Positions 24,611-39,028 are shown, counted from the first letter of the whole stretch. The stretch is 63,498 nucleotides of DNA, filler included, from Asterionella formosa (GCA_002256025.1; 18 parts of 18 records of this genome joined end to end with filler, not necessarily neighbours in it); one strand, 5' to 3'. The notes: generated by a model not told the origin, from the sequence alone. Translations and numbers: made by a program.

Positions 24611-27479
24611 TCATGCAATTGCGGTTTGCTTCGGCATTTCTTGCAGCATTTACGAGTTGCGCTTCTTATTGTTGCTACTTCTCACAAAGCAATGGCAGGA
24701 GAAGAATGATGGCGTTCGCCTTAATTAGGAATGGATACATATGCCTTTCCTGCAACCTCAAGTGAGTTTTTCGTGTCAGAGGAAGGATACGGTGTGTAAC
24801 AACAGTGAGCGTGCGACAAAGATGATAAACAGAAGCATGAAGAGAAGATTCAATAAAAGGTAAACTATAAAGAGTGAGTTATTCTCATGTGTTTCTCATG
24901 CTGTGTGATATTCAATGATGAGTTGGTATTTTGTCTGACATCATTATTAGGTGGGCATATCATGTGATGACACATGATGAGAATTAGAAAGTCCCCCCAA
25001 AATTAGTTGCATGGAAAATAAAATTTGAAATAAGTCGTCAACGCCATAACATGAATTCTGCGGCAGAATTCGAGATGTTTATGTGGTGGTAACCATTTGT
25101 TCAAAGCATCGGCCAGATACTTTGTTTATTGTTATGATACATTTTATCCAACAACTCAAAGCATATATATTGCTGGTCCTTGTTCATACAAGTCGTTACA
25201 AATCATCCTGTTTTTCGAGTTTAACTGGCAGCGGAATGAACACGACTGTTGCTTTCGATTGGAAGTATTATTATTCTTTGTCATGATGAGCGATCGAATT
25301 ACCTAGCAAATCTAAACAGTGTGTGTGAAAATTGAACTATTTGATGCAAATCAAATTGTTTTCTTCAATTAAATCTTCAAATCCCCAAACCGAATTTGAT
25401 TTCGATCTGAATTGCTATTCATCGTCATGATGGGAGATTTTATCCAACACCTCGAAACAGTATCATGTTGGTACCTAGTGCTAACTCAAAAAGTCTAGAC
25501 TGAGCTACATGGTCATGCATTGAGTACCAGCATGTTTACCGGTTAAACCGTAGAAAATCATACATGACTTCATACATTTATTATATAATATAGTACTCAT
25601 CAATGGCGTGAAATCTTTTCTTTTGTTGACCGAAAACACAGAAAACATTTGAATTTAATTGCAAGAAATCTCGTGTCTTCAAAACGGAAATGGCGATTGC
25701 CATTTTCTTCCTAGATAATAGTAATTCACTATCCCCTTTTCGGATGTGTTCAATCATATCATTGCATAGTGTGTTAGTTTTTGTAATGGCTGGAGATCGA
25801 CTTGTGTGTAGTGAAATTAGCACCAGGACTCGATTCGGTTGAGTCAAAGGACGAGAAAACTACTATGGGAATGTATAGGCAATATATAGATTAAAAAAGT
25901 ATATATGAAACAAATATTGCTTTGCTGTACTGGTACCGGCATTAGTCGAGTCCACCAGCAATGCAATTTTTCATGATGGCTCATTTGTTATTGCTGGTAC
26001 CGGTACTTCTACCTGATGGTACCAGGTACTGCTGGTACATAAAGTTGATTCACTCATCAGAATGCCCTAAGAAAAGGCTTCCCGGTATACATGCCGGTTT
26101 ATAAAGACCTGGATTGCTTGGTACAGGACATGGGTACCAGGTACCTAATATGGATTATGAACAAACCATCATGGTTCATACTAACGTATTGGTATATAGA
26201 AGACTATAATACCAGTATACTCCTTCAGCCATGTTAGTTGCTCATACTTCTATTAATAATTATGAATTACTATTATCTTGTAAGAAAATCATAGCGATCA
26301 CTGTCGTCATTTTGACAACAAGGCCGAGATTTATCGTAATGAAATTCAAACATTTTCCTGGTTTTCGGTCAACCAAAAAATACTTGATTTCGTGACATGT
26401 TTGCGTAGGCTTTTTCTCCTGTAATCACAACGCGGAAAAGCTAGCATAGTGAACAAATTCAACTTCACTGTAAATATTACATCGTCTCACACCTACGGAA
26501 TCGTCATCATCCTTGTCCTTCATCTGACTTGATTGCTTCTTTTTTCTCTTGCTGCAACTCACGGGTGGATTGTAGTGGATAGGCAGTCGACCGGAGCTGA
26601 GGTAATTGTGCACATTGTCCCTAGCCGATGTGACAATCAAACGGAGTAACATTGTAACAGTACCGGTAAGTGACAAGCAATGGACCGGATATTGTCGCAC
26701 AACTTTTCACACCAAAACCTCACTCAAGCTTTCTTTTTCCTTAACTCTTCTTTCTTGCGGAAGCAGTGATGGTGACGATATGAGGATTGGGTTGGCTGAT
26801 TTGAATGACAAGTTGCGCAGTGGAAGTCGGAATATTCTTCAAGTTATACGTTGTACACAAGGAATGGATTGACCTACTAATCCACTAAATTGTCAAATTG
26901 CGCTAAAACATATAATAGCTAATATTTATTTCCAGTAGTTTGCTATCATTTGCCCTGTTTATGAGGTCACCGACACCATCAAAAGCACCACTATTGTCAA
27001 TCAATTGATTGATATAGAATTGCAAATGGTCTTGTTGTGGTAAATTGTGCTTGAGTGCCAATCTTAAAAGAGATACAAAAATCAAAAAATGTTTCTTGGC
27101 CCAATTTTTTGTATCTCACATATCCGGCCAAGCAACACTTTTTTTGTTGCTCCAAAATGTGTATCTTTGTGTATCGCTGCAGATACAGAGTTAAGCAACA
27201 CTAATTTATAAATTTAATAAATGTCATGTAATTAAATTAATCAACAAAGACACCATTTTTATTTCTAACAGCAACAACAGAAATGAATTTTGGGAGGAGG
27301 GATTCTCAGCAGCAATTATTATTATCTCTCCTAGCTACTCATGGAATCATGCTTTTCATCACTTGTAAGCGACTTGCGCTTTGGCATTATTTGAATCTTA
27401 GGAAAATGAAACTTACTCGTCTGCAGCAGGAAACAGGATGACCAGTGGGTTGCATGTATCACTCCTGCTGATTTTTTCA

Positions 27480-29013
27480 TTGACAATGAAGGGTCTTTGA
27501 CGATGATAAAAGACATGCTCATTCAACAGATATCGCTACAATGACTTCGTCATATTTGCGTTCAGTTTGAAATCGCCGGATAGAGAAACAAAAAAAGATG
27601 ATAACAATTACACTCATTAAGAATTGGTTAAAGACTCTTGATCTTTGAGACATGATGGGGTACAGCAAAAAGTGAATAAAAGAACCAAAGAAGTATCTGA
27701 AAAGAAATGGCGCTCCCTTTACTCCTGAATCATCAACAAGGTTGTCTCCTTGCCTAAAGAAGTATCTGAAAAGAAACGGCGCTCCCTTTACTCCTGAATC
27801 ATCAAAAAAGAAGTCACCTCGCCTACTACTATCAAAGCAACTTTCTACTACCAGAAAAGATATTGCCAATGACTCAAGTACAGATTCCGAATTATCTTCC
27901 TTCCCAATTGTCTGCATTTCCATCTCCAGTTCCTGCTGATATATTATTGGATGACGATTCTGAAAGATCCAACCAGATTATTAAGAAACAGGGACGACCT
28001 CCAAAGAATCAGAGGAAAAGAAATGTTGCAACTGCTCACAAATATATGAAGAAGTATGGCACATACTATCGAGCAATTAATGTCTTCTTTGATGAAAAAT
28101 ATAGGCAAGATGTTTTGTGTCTTGGGAATACACCATCTATGTGTGAGTTGGATGCAAGAAAATTTCCCCATAAAGCAGTTTGGGACAAGTTATTGGATAC
28201 ATACATGGACATAGATGATGATACAGTTGGATCCATGGCATTCAAACACACCCAGTTTGAAAACCACGGAATTGATGATAATGATACCCTCACTTTTGAT
28301 ATGTTGGATAGCAAACAATTTTCAGAGGTTATAGAATTTCTCAATGTGCATTACAAGATCTGTCTCAATAATAAGAAATTCAATAATAAAAAGTTTCTGA
28401 TCGACATGATAACTTTGACAATTTCACTCAAAACAAGCCTTTTCATTTGTACTATCATTTATGGCTTCAACACGTGCCATATTTCCGTTCCTATGCAGTA
28501 CTAAGTCTTAGTGATGGTGTTGCTATGGACAGTCCAATTAACATTCCTGCAGAGGATGATGTTCTTGCCATGCTACCTGTTCAACGAAGAAAAGGTAGAA
28601 AATATGGCAGCAATGAGTCTGAAAACACATCCAAACAAGTGGTCGACGCGCTTACAGAACTTTCAAAAGCAAATAAGCGCCGTACACAAATGACACTTGC
28701 TTCTCAAAGTTTCAATGCAGAATTTTCTCGAGCAACTTTTCTTGTCAAAACGAGAGAAGGAACTAATGGATGTTGTAAGCATGTACCGCGACAAGAAAAG
28801 GAAGCTCGGACTAAAGTAGCAAGCAATGAAGTGTCACAAAAATGTGATGGTAAAGAGTATCAAGAGAATGATCATGTCAGTTTTGTTGAATTTTTTGAAC
28901 CCAAACTTTTTGAAGCTATGGATGCACTGACCAAGAATACTGTAGCTATCATACAAACAGCTGAAGAGGATGCATCTAATCATAATCAGGTTAACAATTA
29001 TATATCTACTTAG
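27480..29013 (+). pseudogene. Harbinger accessory (second) gene, frameshifted
   Basis: Overlapping ORFs 27863-28504 and 28447-29013 lie inside the TIRs, convergent with the transposase. It includes a direct repeat of about 50 bp at 27687 and 27756. The Myb/SANT-like identity expected for this gene was not confirmed by eye. Confidence 0.55.
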
Positions 29014-29049
29014 TTCTTGTTATTACCTAATCCCTTCCAGTTACAGTTT

Positions 29050-29830
29050 GTATGCTACAATAATCCTATTTCAGTCAGTTCACGCTGTCAGCGCAACACA
29101 TGAGCCGGTGGTCGCCTAAACCCATTGTTGGTGACAACATGAAGAATAATTTGCAGAATCTGTAAAGTACCTTGTACTACATCCAACTTCCTGACAGTTG
29201 GAAGATAAGCCCACCCAAGAGGAGCATTGGGCATTCCATTATTAAGTTCATTCTTTTTATCATCATCTCTGAGTAGACAAAAATTGTGTAAGCGGGCACA
29301 AGCAGAAAGAATTGCATCTGATTTCTTCATCCTGAAGGACTAGTAGTACTAGGATGTCCTCAGGATCCTCCATCTATTGGTGAGCAATCCAAATGTCATC
29401 TCAATTCTAATGCGGAGTTGTGAAAGTAAATGTTTGTAAGCCTCTTTGTTTGTTGATTCCCTTTGACCATGGCAAGGATCAACTCAGGATAAATATGCTG
29501 ATTTGAGCTGTATAAACCGGAACTTGCATTTGATTTGACAACATTAACTGTGATGGAAGGTCGAAGAAGTTCCAATAGTTGATTGAAATCTTCAAGAGAC
29601 ATGCGATATTCACAATGAAATCTATTCTCATGAAGACGCTTTGTGACATGCTCATTCCAGTCAATTTGTTGATGCTCCCATTTTGGAATTCGCACTGGCT
29701 TCGAATTTCATTCATATGATTCCAAAAATGATAATGCAACTGCTGCAATTAGCATCTGTTGTTCCGCTTCTATATCAAGATTGTCAGTGACATCCCAACT
29801 GTCAGGTTCTTCCGGTCGATTTGTCATTGT
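29050..29830 (-). pseudogene. PIF/Harbinger (HARBI1-like) transposase pseudogene with an internal deletion
   Basis: N-terminal HENRFHCEYRMSLEDFNQLLELL...IYPELILAM is joined directly, with a frameshift, to EAYKHLLSQLRIRIEMTFGLLTNRWRIL and ACARLHNFCL. The central Asp-containing core is absent. Confidence 0.85.
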
Positions 29831-31650
29831 CATTACAGTAATGATAATGGTCAGACATGTTGAATAGTAATTGAAGCACACATAGCAAATATATTAGATG
29901 AGTCTGATGCACATGTTTGTAGAGACATAAAGAAAAAGACTTACTGTTTTGCCATTACAGATATATATTTGTGAAATGAATCTCTGTAATCTCTGTAAAG
30001 ATTCATTTTTTTCTAAAGATACTACAACAAAAAATAATTTTTATCTCTGTTAATATTGGCCCTGAGGGGTATTTAAATTGCCGGATTTTTTCTAAATAAA
30101 CAAGGAGTCACATGCAGTACTATAGGTATTTGTTGAGAGATTCCACTAAAATTTCGGTGAACCTCAAAAAAGAAGTATTACCTAAACAAAGGAAAAACAG
30201 ACTACTGGCAAAGCAACCCAGAAAGTAGATACATTTGACTACGGCGAAGGTTGCATGTGCAAATGGATTCTGTATTCCGTCTTGTTGTACACTGCTGTTT
30301 CAAATTCATCGTGTGTACTTAGGTGGTATATGCCCAACGGGTGTGCCAAAGTATCCGCTAAAACTAATACCGGTAGGCAGAACTCATCACAACACAAGGC
30401 ATTACATACCGGTACCTTATCTTATGATTAACGGTACCTGCTACCGGTACCACGGGGTACCAGCTACGATAGTCTATAGTACCTAGTAGTCGTCAATGGT
30501 TGCGTCATTCATAAGCTACCGGTAACCTAAAACAAGAAGACTCCTGTCGTCATCGTATTGTTAGTAGATTAAGACGCATTTTCTTTCTGTACATGTTTTC
30601 TACATACAGTATGAGTCCATAGTCACCACTTGCGTCACTCAGAGTTCGCTTATTTCACGACTCTCTGATTCTTCAGACACATTTTTTACTTAAGTGAGTG
30701 TAGAACGCTTGCTTGTTTTGAAGGAACTCATCGTTTGCCTAAAATCGAATAGCAATTGACAGCACATATTTTCCCGTAGTATTTTCTTATCCAATCTAAA
30801 GCTTGCTGGGCTTTTTCAGTATGGCAATGACAGGCGCTCGCAGTCTTTATGGGTGCTAGTGCACACAAGGTATAATCAAGTTGCTATCCTTTCCTTGATC
30901 TACTGCAGTACATGTTCGAATACAATTTTGAAGACAGTAGAATTAATACTAATACAATCCCAAAATTGTCACGTGGTACAATTTCACCGAAGTACCTGCT
31001 ACTATGTAAGGAGTGACTGCTGGGAATATACATAAGGAGTAGTACTAGGTATGCAAGGTAGATTATACCAACCTATGGACCTGTATACCACCACCGTTTT
31101 ACTTTTTAATAGCAGTAAAACAAGTGCTGCGCCAGATTGTTCGCATGCGTACGAATAGTGTGTGCTGTCATAACGTTGGTATAATAAAAAAGTACCTGGT
31201 ACCAGGGTACAACCTACATGGTATATATTGTGCCCACAACGCACATGCAACAACATGAGCCGCCAGAAACCCAATATACCAAAATGAGCACAGCAACAAG
31301 TTGAAAACCAACCTCCTGATAAGAAGGGGTTTTGTCGTCTTGAAACACTTAATTTATTTATTTGTTGTGTTGTTTCGATACTTGTTAGACCACAAGGAAC
31401 GATCGATTCATGCTACAGTATATCACAGGAAACCGCTCACTTAAATCTAGCTACGACTGATATTAACGTCATTGAACATCACCATTTCAATTCACACTAC
31501 AGCGGTGCGTACTTGCTTTCTTTGTGAGTCATAAGAATCATGGTCGCTCTTCTCGCTTGTCCGCAATCTGACCGAAGACTTCGCTTTTTTTCAGTATAGA
31601 ACAGGTCAATTTTTGGATTGCGTCGAGGCATCTAATAGAATTCGATAAAA

Positions 31651-33015
31651 ATGAGTGATTCTAATCTTGGACGGGGAGCATCAGCGGAAGAGTTACAAGC
31701 GAGAGGGCTCGCAGCGTCGATGAGGGCCGATCCGGCGCTGGCTGCTTTGGTCGGCCTGCATGGGTTCGATTCTCAAGCTGCTCTTGCCGCTGCTCGTATG
31801 CACCATATGCATCAGCTAAGCCAGCTTGGAGGACTCGGTGATCTTGCTCTTCTGCAAAGCTTTCAAGGCGGTCCGGGTCTGTTGGGACAACGGCCGTTCA
31901 CAAGTGCATTCGACGAACCCACTCGCAAGCTGTCGCGGACCGAAAAGAAGAGAAATCGTGAGCAGCAACGGCGACATGAAGTAAATGAAGGATTCGATTC
32001 GTTGATTGATCTCTTGCGTAGAATCGAACCGAGATTCCGAACAGGATCCCGTAAGCCAGCTTTCTCCGCAGGAGCCGACATGGACGAACACACGATTACC
32101 AATCGAGTTGACCTTCTCGACTACACGATGCATTTGATACAGAGTTTGCACGATGATAACGAAAAGAAAAAAGAAAGAATCAAAGAATTAATTGCCGAAA
32201 AAAAGCTCAAAAGTGAGGCTAAGAGTGATTTATTAAAGGTCGTGCACAGGGATACCGACGCGAGAGAAACGAAAAGAGAAGAAGTAAGTCTCAAACTTTG
32301 GTCATATGTATCGTCACAGTTGCGAAGCGACTTTTCATGGTCATGATGGTGCTACTCTTTTGCTTACATGCTCTCGTCCTTACAATTTTCTTTTGTTTCT
32401 CAGGACAAGAAGAATGATGGTACCAATGAGGATATTTCCACAGCGGTTGAGTCCAAAGACAAGAAAAAGAAGACAAAGAAGACGAAGACGACTAAGAAGA
32501 AGGTCCTCACTCTTTCAAGATCAGAGGGGATGGATGTCAATACTCCAGTAGCTGTCTTGGGCCCGATTCCCGAAAGTTTAGGTTTACGTCCACGAGTTGT
32601 ACTGCCTTCAGATGGAGCTGCAATCACTGTCCCTATAGGCTCAGGTTTTGGAGCTGGAGAATTCGAAACGGCAATGGGACTTCTTGGATCAAGACTGGGA
32701 GGTCCATCGGTACTGGAAATGGCAAACGCTCGATCTTCACATGGTCTTGCTGTTCAGAGAGCGCTTATGGCAAGTAATCCATTGCTCCTTCAGCGAGATG
32801 CAGCTGCATTCTTGGGGAGTGGAGCCGCTGCAACCTTAGCAGCCCACCAGCAACAGCAACTATTTACTGGGCTTCCTGCCTCTCCAAGTCTAGCATATCA
32901 TCAATTGCTAATGGGTGCTGGGGCTAGCCTTGCTGGGATGAAAAGAACGCCAGACGACGATTGTGACAATGGCGAAAAAGGGTTAGGGGAAACAATGACA
33001 AAGAAGAAGAAATGA
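31651..33015 (+). CDS. bHLH transcription factor, 2 exons (31651-32283 and 32404-33015), 414 aa
   Basis: Basic region and helix 1 LSRTEKKRNREQQRRHEVNEGFDSLIDLL, helix 2 NRVDLLDYTMHLIQSLHDDN. A phase-0 GTAAGT...CAG intron joins the two ORFs in frame. Confidence 0.9.
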
Positions 33016-36000
33016 AGAATGCATGGTACCTCCTGAGAAATATGGTGATATTTGAGTTATCTCTAGTAACAACATATCTTGTAATGAAGCAATAGCTTGA
33101 TTAAAACAATACTTTTGTTGATAAAACAGCCCATCTGGTGCTTCCTGGCATGAACAGCCTAGGTTTTGGAAAACCTAACCTCCTGAGATTAGCCTAACAC
33201 ACATAGTGACCACTGATGCTGTCAAATGGTGATTGGTAAGTGAGAAAGAAGCACACTCTCGACAACTGGTTAGAGTGTGTTGACATGCAATGTTGTGCTG
33301 TGTGTTGCAAGTTGTGCTGTAGTTCATCATGTATCACTCTTTCACCTTGTCGTTGGACCGATGAAGAAATTATATTTGCTTGTTTGTCATAATTTATGGC
33401 CTATGGCCTGCTGATAGCAACCTGAAACAACTTATGAATGCAAACAAAAACTGCACAAGTTACAGATAAGAATCTGGAGGAATATTCACAATCCTCTAGC
33501 AGAACTGGAGCCATTAAAATGGTGTAAAAGTACTTTAAATTGATGCAAAATGACATGATAAAGTGTCCACTTTTCAAATCTAGCTACAGAACTTGTAAAA
33601 ACCCTCAGCGCTTTATATTTTTCATTTACAGAAAAAATTAGTGGGACAATATTAGGGTATCAGTGCTTGATTGATTTTATCACTGAAAGACCATCAATGT
33701 TTAAGTTTAATACCCGTGATACTTTTGGGTGACACGAGTTTTTTATATGTGAAGAATGAATTTTTCAGCTTCAACACATTTTAGCCAACCATAGCTAATG
33801 GCGAGTTTTAAAAAGGACTGCTTCAGTACAAAAAAGCAGCCAGACGAAAAATTGGCAAAGTTGCTTAGTATCAAGCAACAACCCGGACTACCCCTGGGTT
33901 TTATTAGGCTTAAGAATTGGTCGATTCACGTTGACGAAGGCGGCAACAAACCTGGACACGTGAGGGTCAGCAACACAATTAGTCCAGTGAAATTGATTAG
34001 GAAGTTGGTGACTAATAAGAATGAGAGAAACGAGAATAATTGGAGCCATACCAGTGAATAATACGTTTTCTTTTCTGCACATAAAAAAATATTTGGGTGT
34101 GTAGCACCACCATATGTACAAAGAGGAGACAGGAACATGAGGTGGACAGGAACATGCGACTTAGCTACGGTAGACTGTAAGTAATAGGGTCATAGTTATT
34201 GAACAAACTAGCTAGGACTACACAGGGCTACCTCGGGATTTTTACAATGCAACCAGCCATATGTAGTCGGTAGGCATTGCAAACTTCAACATACCATGAT
34301 CAGTTTCACCAGTGTAAAAACAGGGATAGTAAGTTACATTATCTGCTCAGGGTGGTCAGCTGGTGTTTAAGTACTATACTGAAGACTACCTTGAAGTACA
34401 GCTCAGTCATACTAGCACCAAGTTCAATGCATAATGCATGATCTCGTTATCTGCAGAACTGAATCCAATCAAAGAATTGACCCTCCCACCATCAGGAAGT
34501 AATTGATTATCCATATCAATGAAAAACAAGGAACACTGCAGTGGGCTCATCAGCCACCAAGTCGATTGGAGCTGAATTGACAGAATGGATGCCCCATTAT
34601 AATTTATCATTCATATGTACCAAAGTTATTGATTAAGCAAAACTGTTGTTATATCAGAAATAATCTAGATTATCAACATCATTTTTCTGTTCTATCCTCA
34701 ATTGAACTTATATCTCAGGTTATGATTATACACATGTCATATGTTTATGTAAAAACTTGTACCAGATTATTAAATACTGAAATTGTTTTTGCATTGGTTC
34801 TTGTTGCCATTCGGATTTGATCAATTTACATGCTTTGGTGCATTTCATGTACTGGTAATCCTCTCTTCTCTCTCCATTTGCATTTCGGCAATCGAATTAC
34901 TTCCCTTATAATAAGCCATTTGCACTCATTCTTGAGTCCCTCACACGCTACCTTCTCAGGGGATGATGAAGATTTTAGTCTTATAACAAATTATATAGTT
35001 TCGATTTTGAAGGGGAATAATGGCGGTGAAGTCGGATTGTTTGTTTGTTACTACATGAAAGCAAAAGCTTTGGTAAATTTATATGACAGAATCGGATAAA
35101 AATCTATTGAAGGTCATGCTTGCTTACCATGATCCGAAATCAAGAAGATGATTCCTTTTGATCATAATTTGCCAACTGCGGGCATAGGTTGTTCATAGTT
35201 CAAATATGTTCTTCCAGATGAGGAGTGGATCAGAGTGACGATGGACCAGATGATGAGACAGATTGTTGCTTGTGGCCTTAATCAGTAGTCGCCTTCCATT
35301 CTCATTGACTATTGGAGAGAGCGTTTTTATGCTGCGGACTTAGATGTAATCCAAGTGCATAACAATACAAGCTATAATGTGTTCGATCATGATCAAATAT
35401 TTATTGATAATTCATTCCAATTTCTTGAATAGCGATGAAGTACTTTACTCTTCCTATCATGTAAGTATTGGTAAACTTCGAAGGTATGTATAATAGGTAC
35501 CAATGATACTTACTGCTCTGTACCAGGGATGATATGATTACCAGAAGTATGTTTGAGGTTCTTTTAAGTCTTGGAAAATTTTAAGACTTTACAGAAAATA
35601 CTTTCTTGTATTCGTCAATGATGCGTGATTGCCAGTACATGTAGGTACTATTGGTATGTTTTTTCTACAAAGATGTACTATTGCATACCTTTAATCACCT
35701 ATAGATACCAATGTTAGATGGTTTGTACGAGAACATGTTATTGCGGCATACCCTCCGCCCATCACCTAGTACTATACATACCGATAGTAGGGTTTTTGTA
35801 CAAGACCTTTTTATTGCATACCCTCCATAGCCTATAGATACCACTGTTAAGTTGTTTATACAAGACCATGTTATTGGTATCCCAGCGTTAGTTGTTTCCA
35901 TGTCAATGTTGCCAATGCATCATTTGTACTAGTCCGGCAATGGCTGCTTCCATGTGAATGTGATCATCACATCATCTCTGTTTCTACCGATTTTTCATTT

Positions 36001-36199
36001 TTTGAGTTCATGGATCATCATGAGAACGAGCTTTTTGAGCATCAAAGCGACAAGGAATAGAGTGCAGAGAGGTTGTGAAGGCCCTGCACAATCTCTCCTT
36101 TGTTGCTGAGACTGGGTCGTTGGCTCCTATAATTCCAAATAACAGTGATGTCCTTTACTTCCTGAAAAACGATGTTTCAAAGCGATTTTTAGGGGGTGC

Positions 36200-36830
36200 A
36201 AGGAGGTACTGACAATCAAGGAGCAGGCAATGATGTGCGTGATGAATGAAGTGTCAAAACGAATTCATTCGATTTGTTCAGGAGGAAAAGGATGATACAA
36301 GTTGGACATCAGAACCGTTTTGATTCAAGTTTGAGACACATTGTGTCAATGTGTCCTGACATCTTGAAAGAGAGCAACGGAATTATGAGCACATTGCTTG
36401 GCTGGTACCAAGCTTGGAGTTATTTACCTTGAGGTCATCATGATTACACCAACGTTTCCTCATGCAGAAATTGCTTGCAGAGAGGCATGGAGTTGCATAT
36501 ATGTGTGCTGCCTGCTGTGCAAAGGGGCATACCAAGCGAGCATAGCCTGTCACTGAAGGAGAAACAAAGGGCGCGCTAAGGGGAAGTATTAGGTCATTTC
36601 TATCAGAGTAACGTTTTTAACATATTTGAGCTCATCAGTACATGTTGGCTTACCATGTCATGCCATTGCATTGACTCTGGCCAATTCAATCCAGCACTAA
36701 AGCAGCAGTGCTATCAACATTTTCCAGTGGCAATCAAAGACCTTGTAAAGGAGATGAAGGCTCATGTGCATTGATGTGGCTGCCTCATACTTCGATTACA
36801 AGCTTGTAGTTAATGTCATTTGATTGAGGA
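36200..36830 (+). pseudogene. Highly decayed DDE transposase C-terminal remnant
   Basis: Fragments across frames (TP..HAEIA, AKGAY, AHQYMLAYH) resemble the PKxHxEIAGEGIE..W..AK..Y...AR.YMLAY tail of IS630/Tc1-like transposases. It is heavily frameshifted. Confidence 0.35.
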
Positions 36831-37550
36831 GTGATTGCTGACTATTGTAGTGTGATGGTAAACATTACAAAAATTCATGTATGTTTATATTTACACTACC
36901 TGGTAACAATAGCATAGCACTGGGAACGTCTGTTGAAAAAGCTGCTGGTTTGTACTTATTAAGTGGACGCAGGCAGGGCTACGTGTATTTTTTCCTTGGT
37001 ACTTGGTATTGGTACTTTTAATCGCTCGAACTCATTATCCACATAGGATATAATTTTGAAAAATACAAACAGGTCATGAGTATCGCATCATGACAATTTC
37101 GCTCTTCTACAAAAGCGTGCCACAATTTGGGAATCCATGGAAGAACAATAATTATTTTTTATTACTTGATTTCTGAGTATGAAGAGGTCGAAACCAGTCT
37201 AAACCTTGTACCGGTCGGTACCTTGGTTTTCGCTCGTTTACCGTATTTCTACTGCGACGCATCAACCGCTTTCGGCGCTGCTACAGCTTTATCCAGAATG
37301 TCATTGTTATGCGACACCTTGTTTGAGGCGATCTTCTAGCCTACTTCTTCTTGCCTTTACAAGGGTCTCCAAGTGTTTTAATTTTTGGCTCTGCGCCGTT
37401 TAGTGTGGATTATAAAAAAGCACAAGTCGAAAGGGAATCCGACAAGCTATAGTTCTCGACGAGTAGGAGCGAGGACGACGTTCCTCTGTGGTTAAGTTTC
37501 CTTGGAACACAATGTAAGGGCCCCCCATTGATCTCGTACATCGTGGAGAA

Positions 37551-37570
37551 GTGTGTGTGTGTGTGTGTGT
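37551..37570. repeat. (GT)10 microsatellite upstream of bHLH paralog 2
   Basis: Direct reading; it ends 58 bp before the ATG at 37629. Confidence 0.95.
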
Positions 37571-37628
37571 CGCACCTGCTACTGGCGCTTCACTTATTGT
37601 TTCTCATCCAGCCTTCTTGCAAAGAACC

Positions 37629-38643
37629 ATGTCCTCCGACGCAGGTGATTTGTCTCAGGACGACCCGAATCTGTCAAGATCGGAGCGGAAGCGCAACCGA
37701 GAGCAGCATCGGAGAAACGAAGTAACAAACGGACTCGACGCCCTGGCGTCCATGCTTTCGACGGTCGACCCCGCGCGCATGAAGGGAGGGCGCTGGACAA
37801 GCAAGAAAGAAACTGGCGACGGGGGTGTTGCCATGAGCCGCGTGGAACTCCTGAATCACGCCCTTGAAACCCTGGAGCGCCTTCATAAGGAGAATGAAGC
37901 TCGGAAGGATATAATTGCGGAACTCTCGAAGGGCAAGGCATTGTCCAAGGGTGCTGCTTTGAATGACCTCATTTCTCAGCAGTTAAAGAAGCAGAGGACT
38001 GAGGTACGTTGTTTCAACGAGTGTGTCAATCTGGCTGGTACACATCATCATATAGGGGGCAGAACATGATACAAGGCCACTGGAGTTTTCTAATTTATTG
38101 TACTGCGTAAATACATAACTTTAGGCCCACCGATCGACTAATGCATCAGACGAAAACGCAAGGGAAGGAAATCATTCATTCGGCCTTTCTCTGGTGGATG
38201 CTACAGCTGCCGCTGATCCGAATGCATCGGCACTTATCCGGCAACATCATCAGCAGCAGCTTTCCCTTGTGCTCGGTGGAATGGGATTCCATGGACTTCC
38301 ACCTTACGGTGGTGGTCTACTACCGGTGAATGCAATAAATCATGATGTTATTGGGGGAGCTCCGCGGAATTCAGGCCTTGCGCTGCTTCAAGCAAGACTC
38401 ATGCTTGGCAGCGGAACTCCATTGGCAGGCCTAGATTCTGGCGTTTCACCACACGCTGAAACACCTCTGTTTGCCCAGCTCCAACAACAACAGCATCTCG
38501 CTCTTGGGGTAGCCGAAGAAGAGCAACGAAGGCGTCAAATGCGTCAGGGCATGTTGGCAGCATCAGCAATGGGTAACACCAATGTTTATTCAGAGTACAA
38601 TGATGAAAGGAAAAATGGTCCTAAGGATGATAAGAGAACCTAG
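37629..38643 (+). CDS. bHLH transcription factor paralog, 2 exons (37629-38003 and 38125-38643), 297 aa
   Basis: LSRSERKRNREQHRRNEVTNGLDALASML...SRVELLNHALETLERLHKENE. A phase-0 GTACGT...TTTAG intron restores the frame into the Q/G/A-rich ORF. Confidence 0.88.
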
Positions 38644-39028
38644 TAAACGTAGTTTTCTGGGAGACTCATCCATCATCATGTCAATCATATCTTAAAGCGT
38701 ACAACATTCGATTAACCTTTATGTACATACTCTGTGCTAACCCAATTCAATTAATGATGTGCATTATTTGTCATCGCATTATCAAATTTTCTTTCGTCCA
38801 AGGGAACAAGTTAGAATAGAAAGCCATGTTACTTCACGGCTGTGAAGCATACGCCGAGTGGCCCCCAATGGATTATAATTTATTTATCATTTACTGTCCG
38901 TTGTTGCTCACTCTGTCCCAAGTGTTTTAAGCTTGCGTCACATTAAAACATGGATATCGGTATTGTTCTGGTACTTCGTACAAGTGAAGGATGGTTCGAT
39001 TCGACATTATATCCTTGATGCAGCGGCA

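Larger units (their letters stand above)
27055..30062. mobile_element. Degenerate PIF/Harbinger DNA transposon (3008 bp) with two convergent genes
   Basis: TIRs GTGCCAATCTTAAAAGAGATA / GGGCCAATATTAACAGAGATA (18/21), and a 3-bp TSD TGA at 27052-27054 and 30063-30065. Confidence 0.85.
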
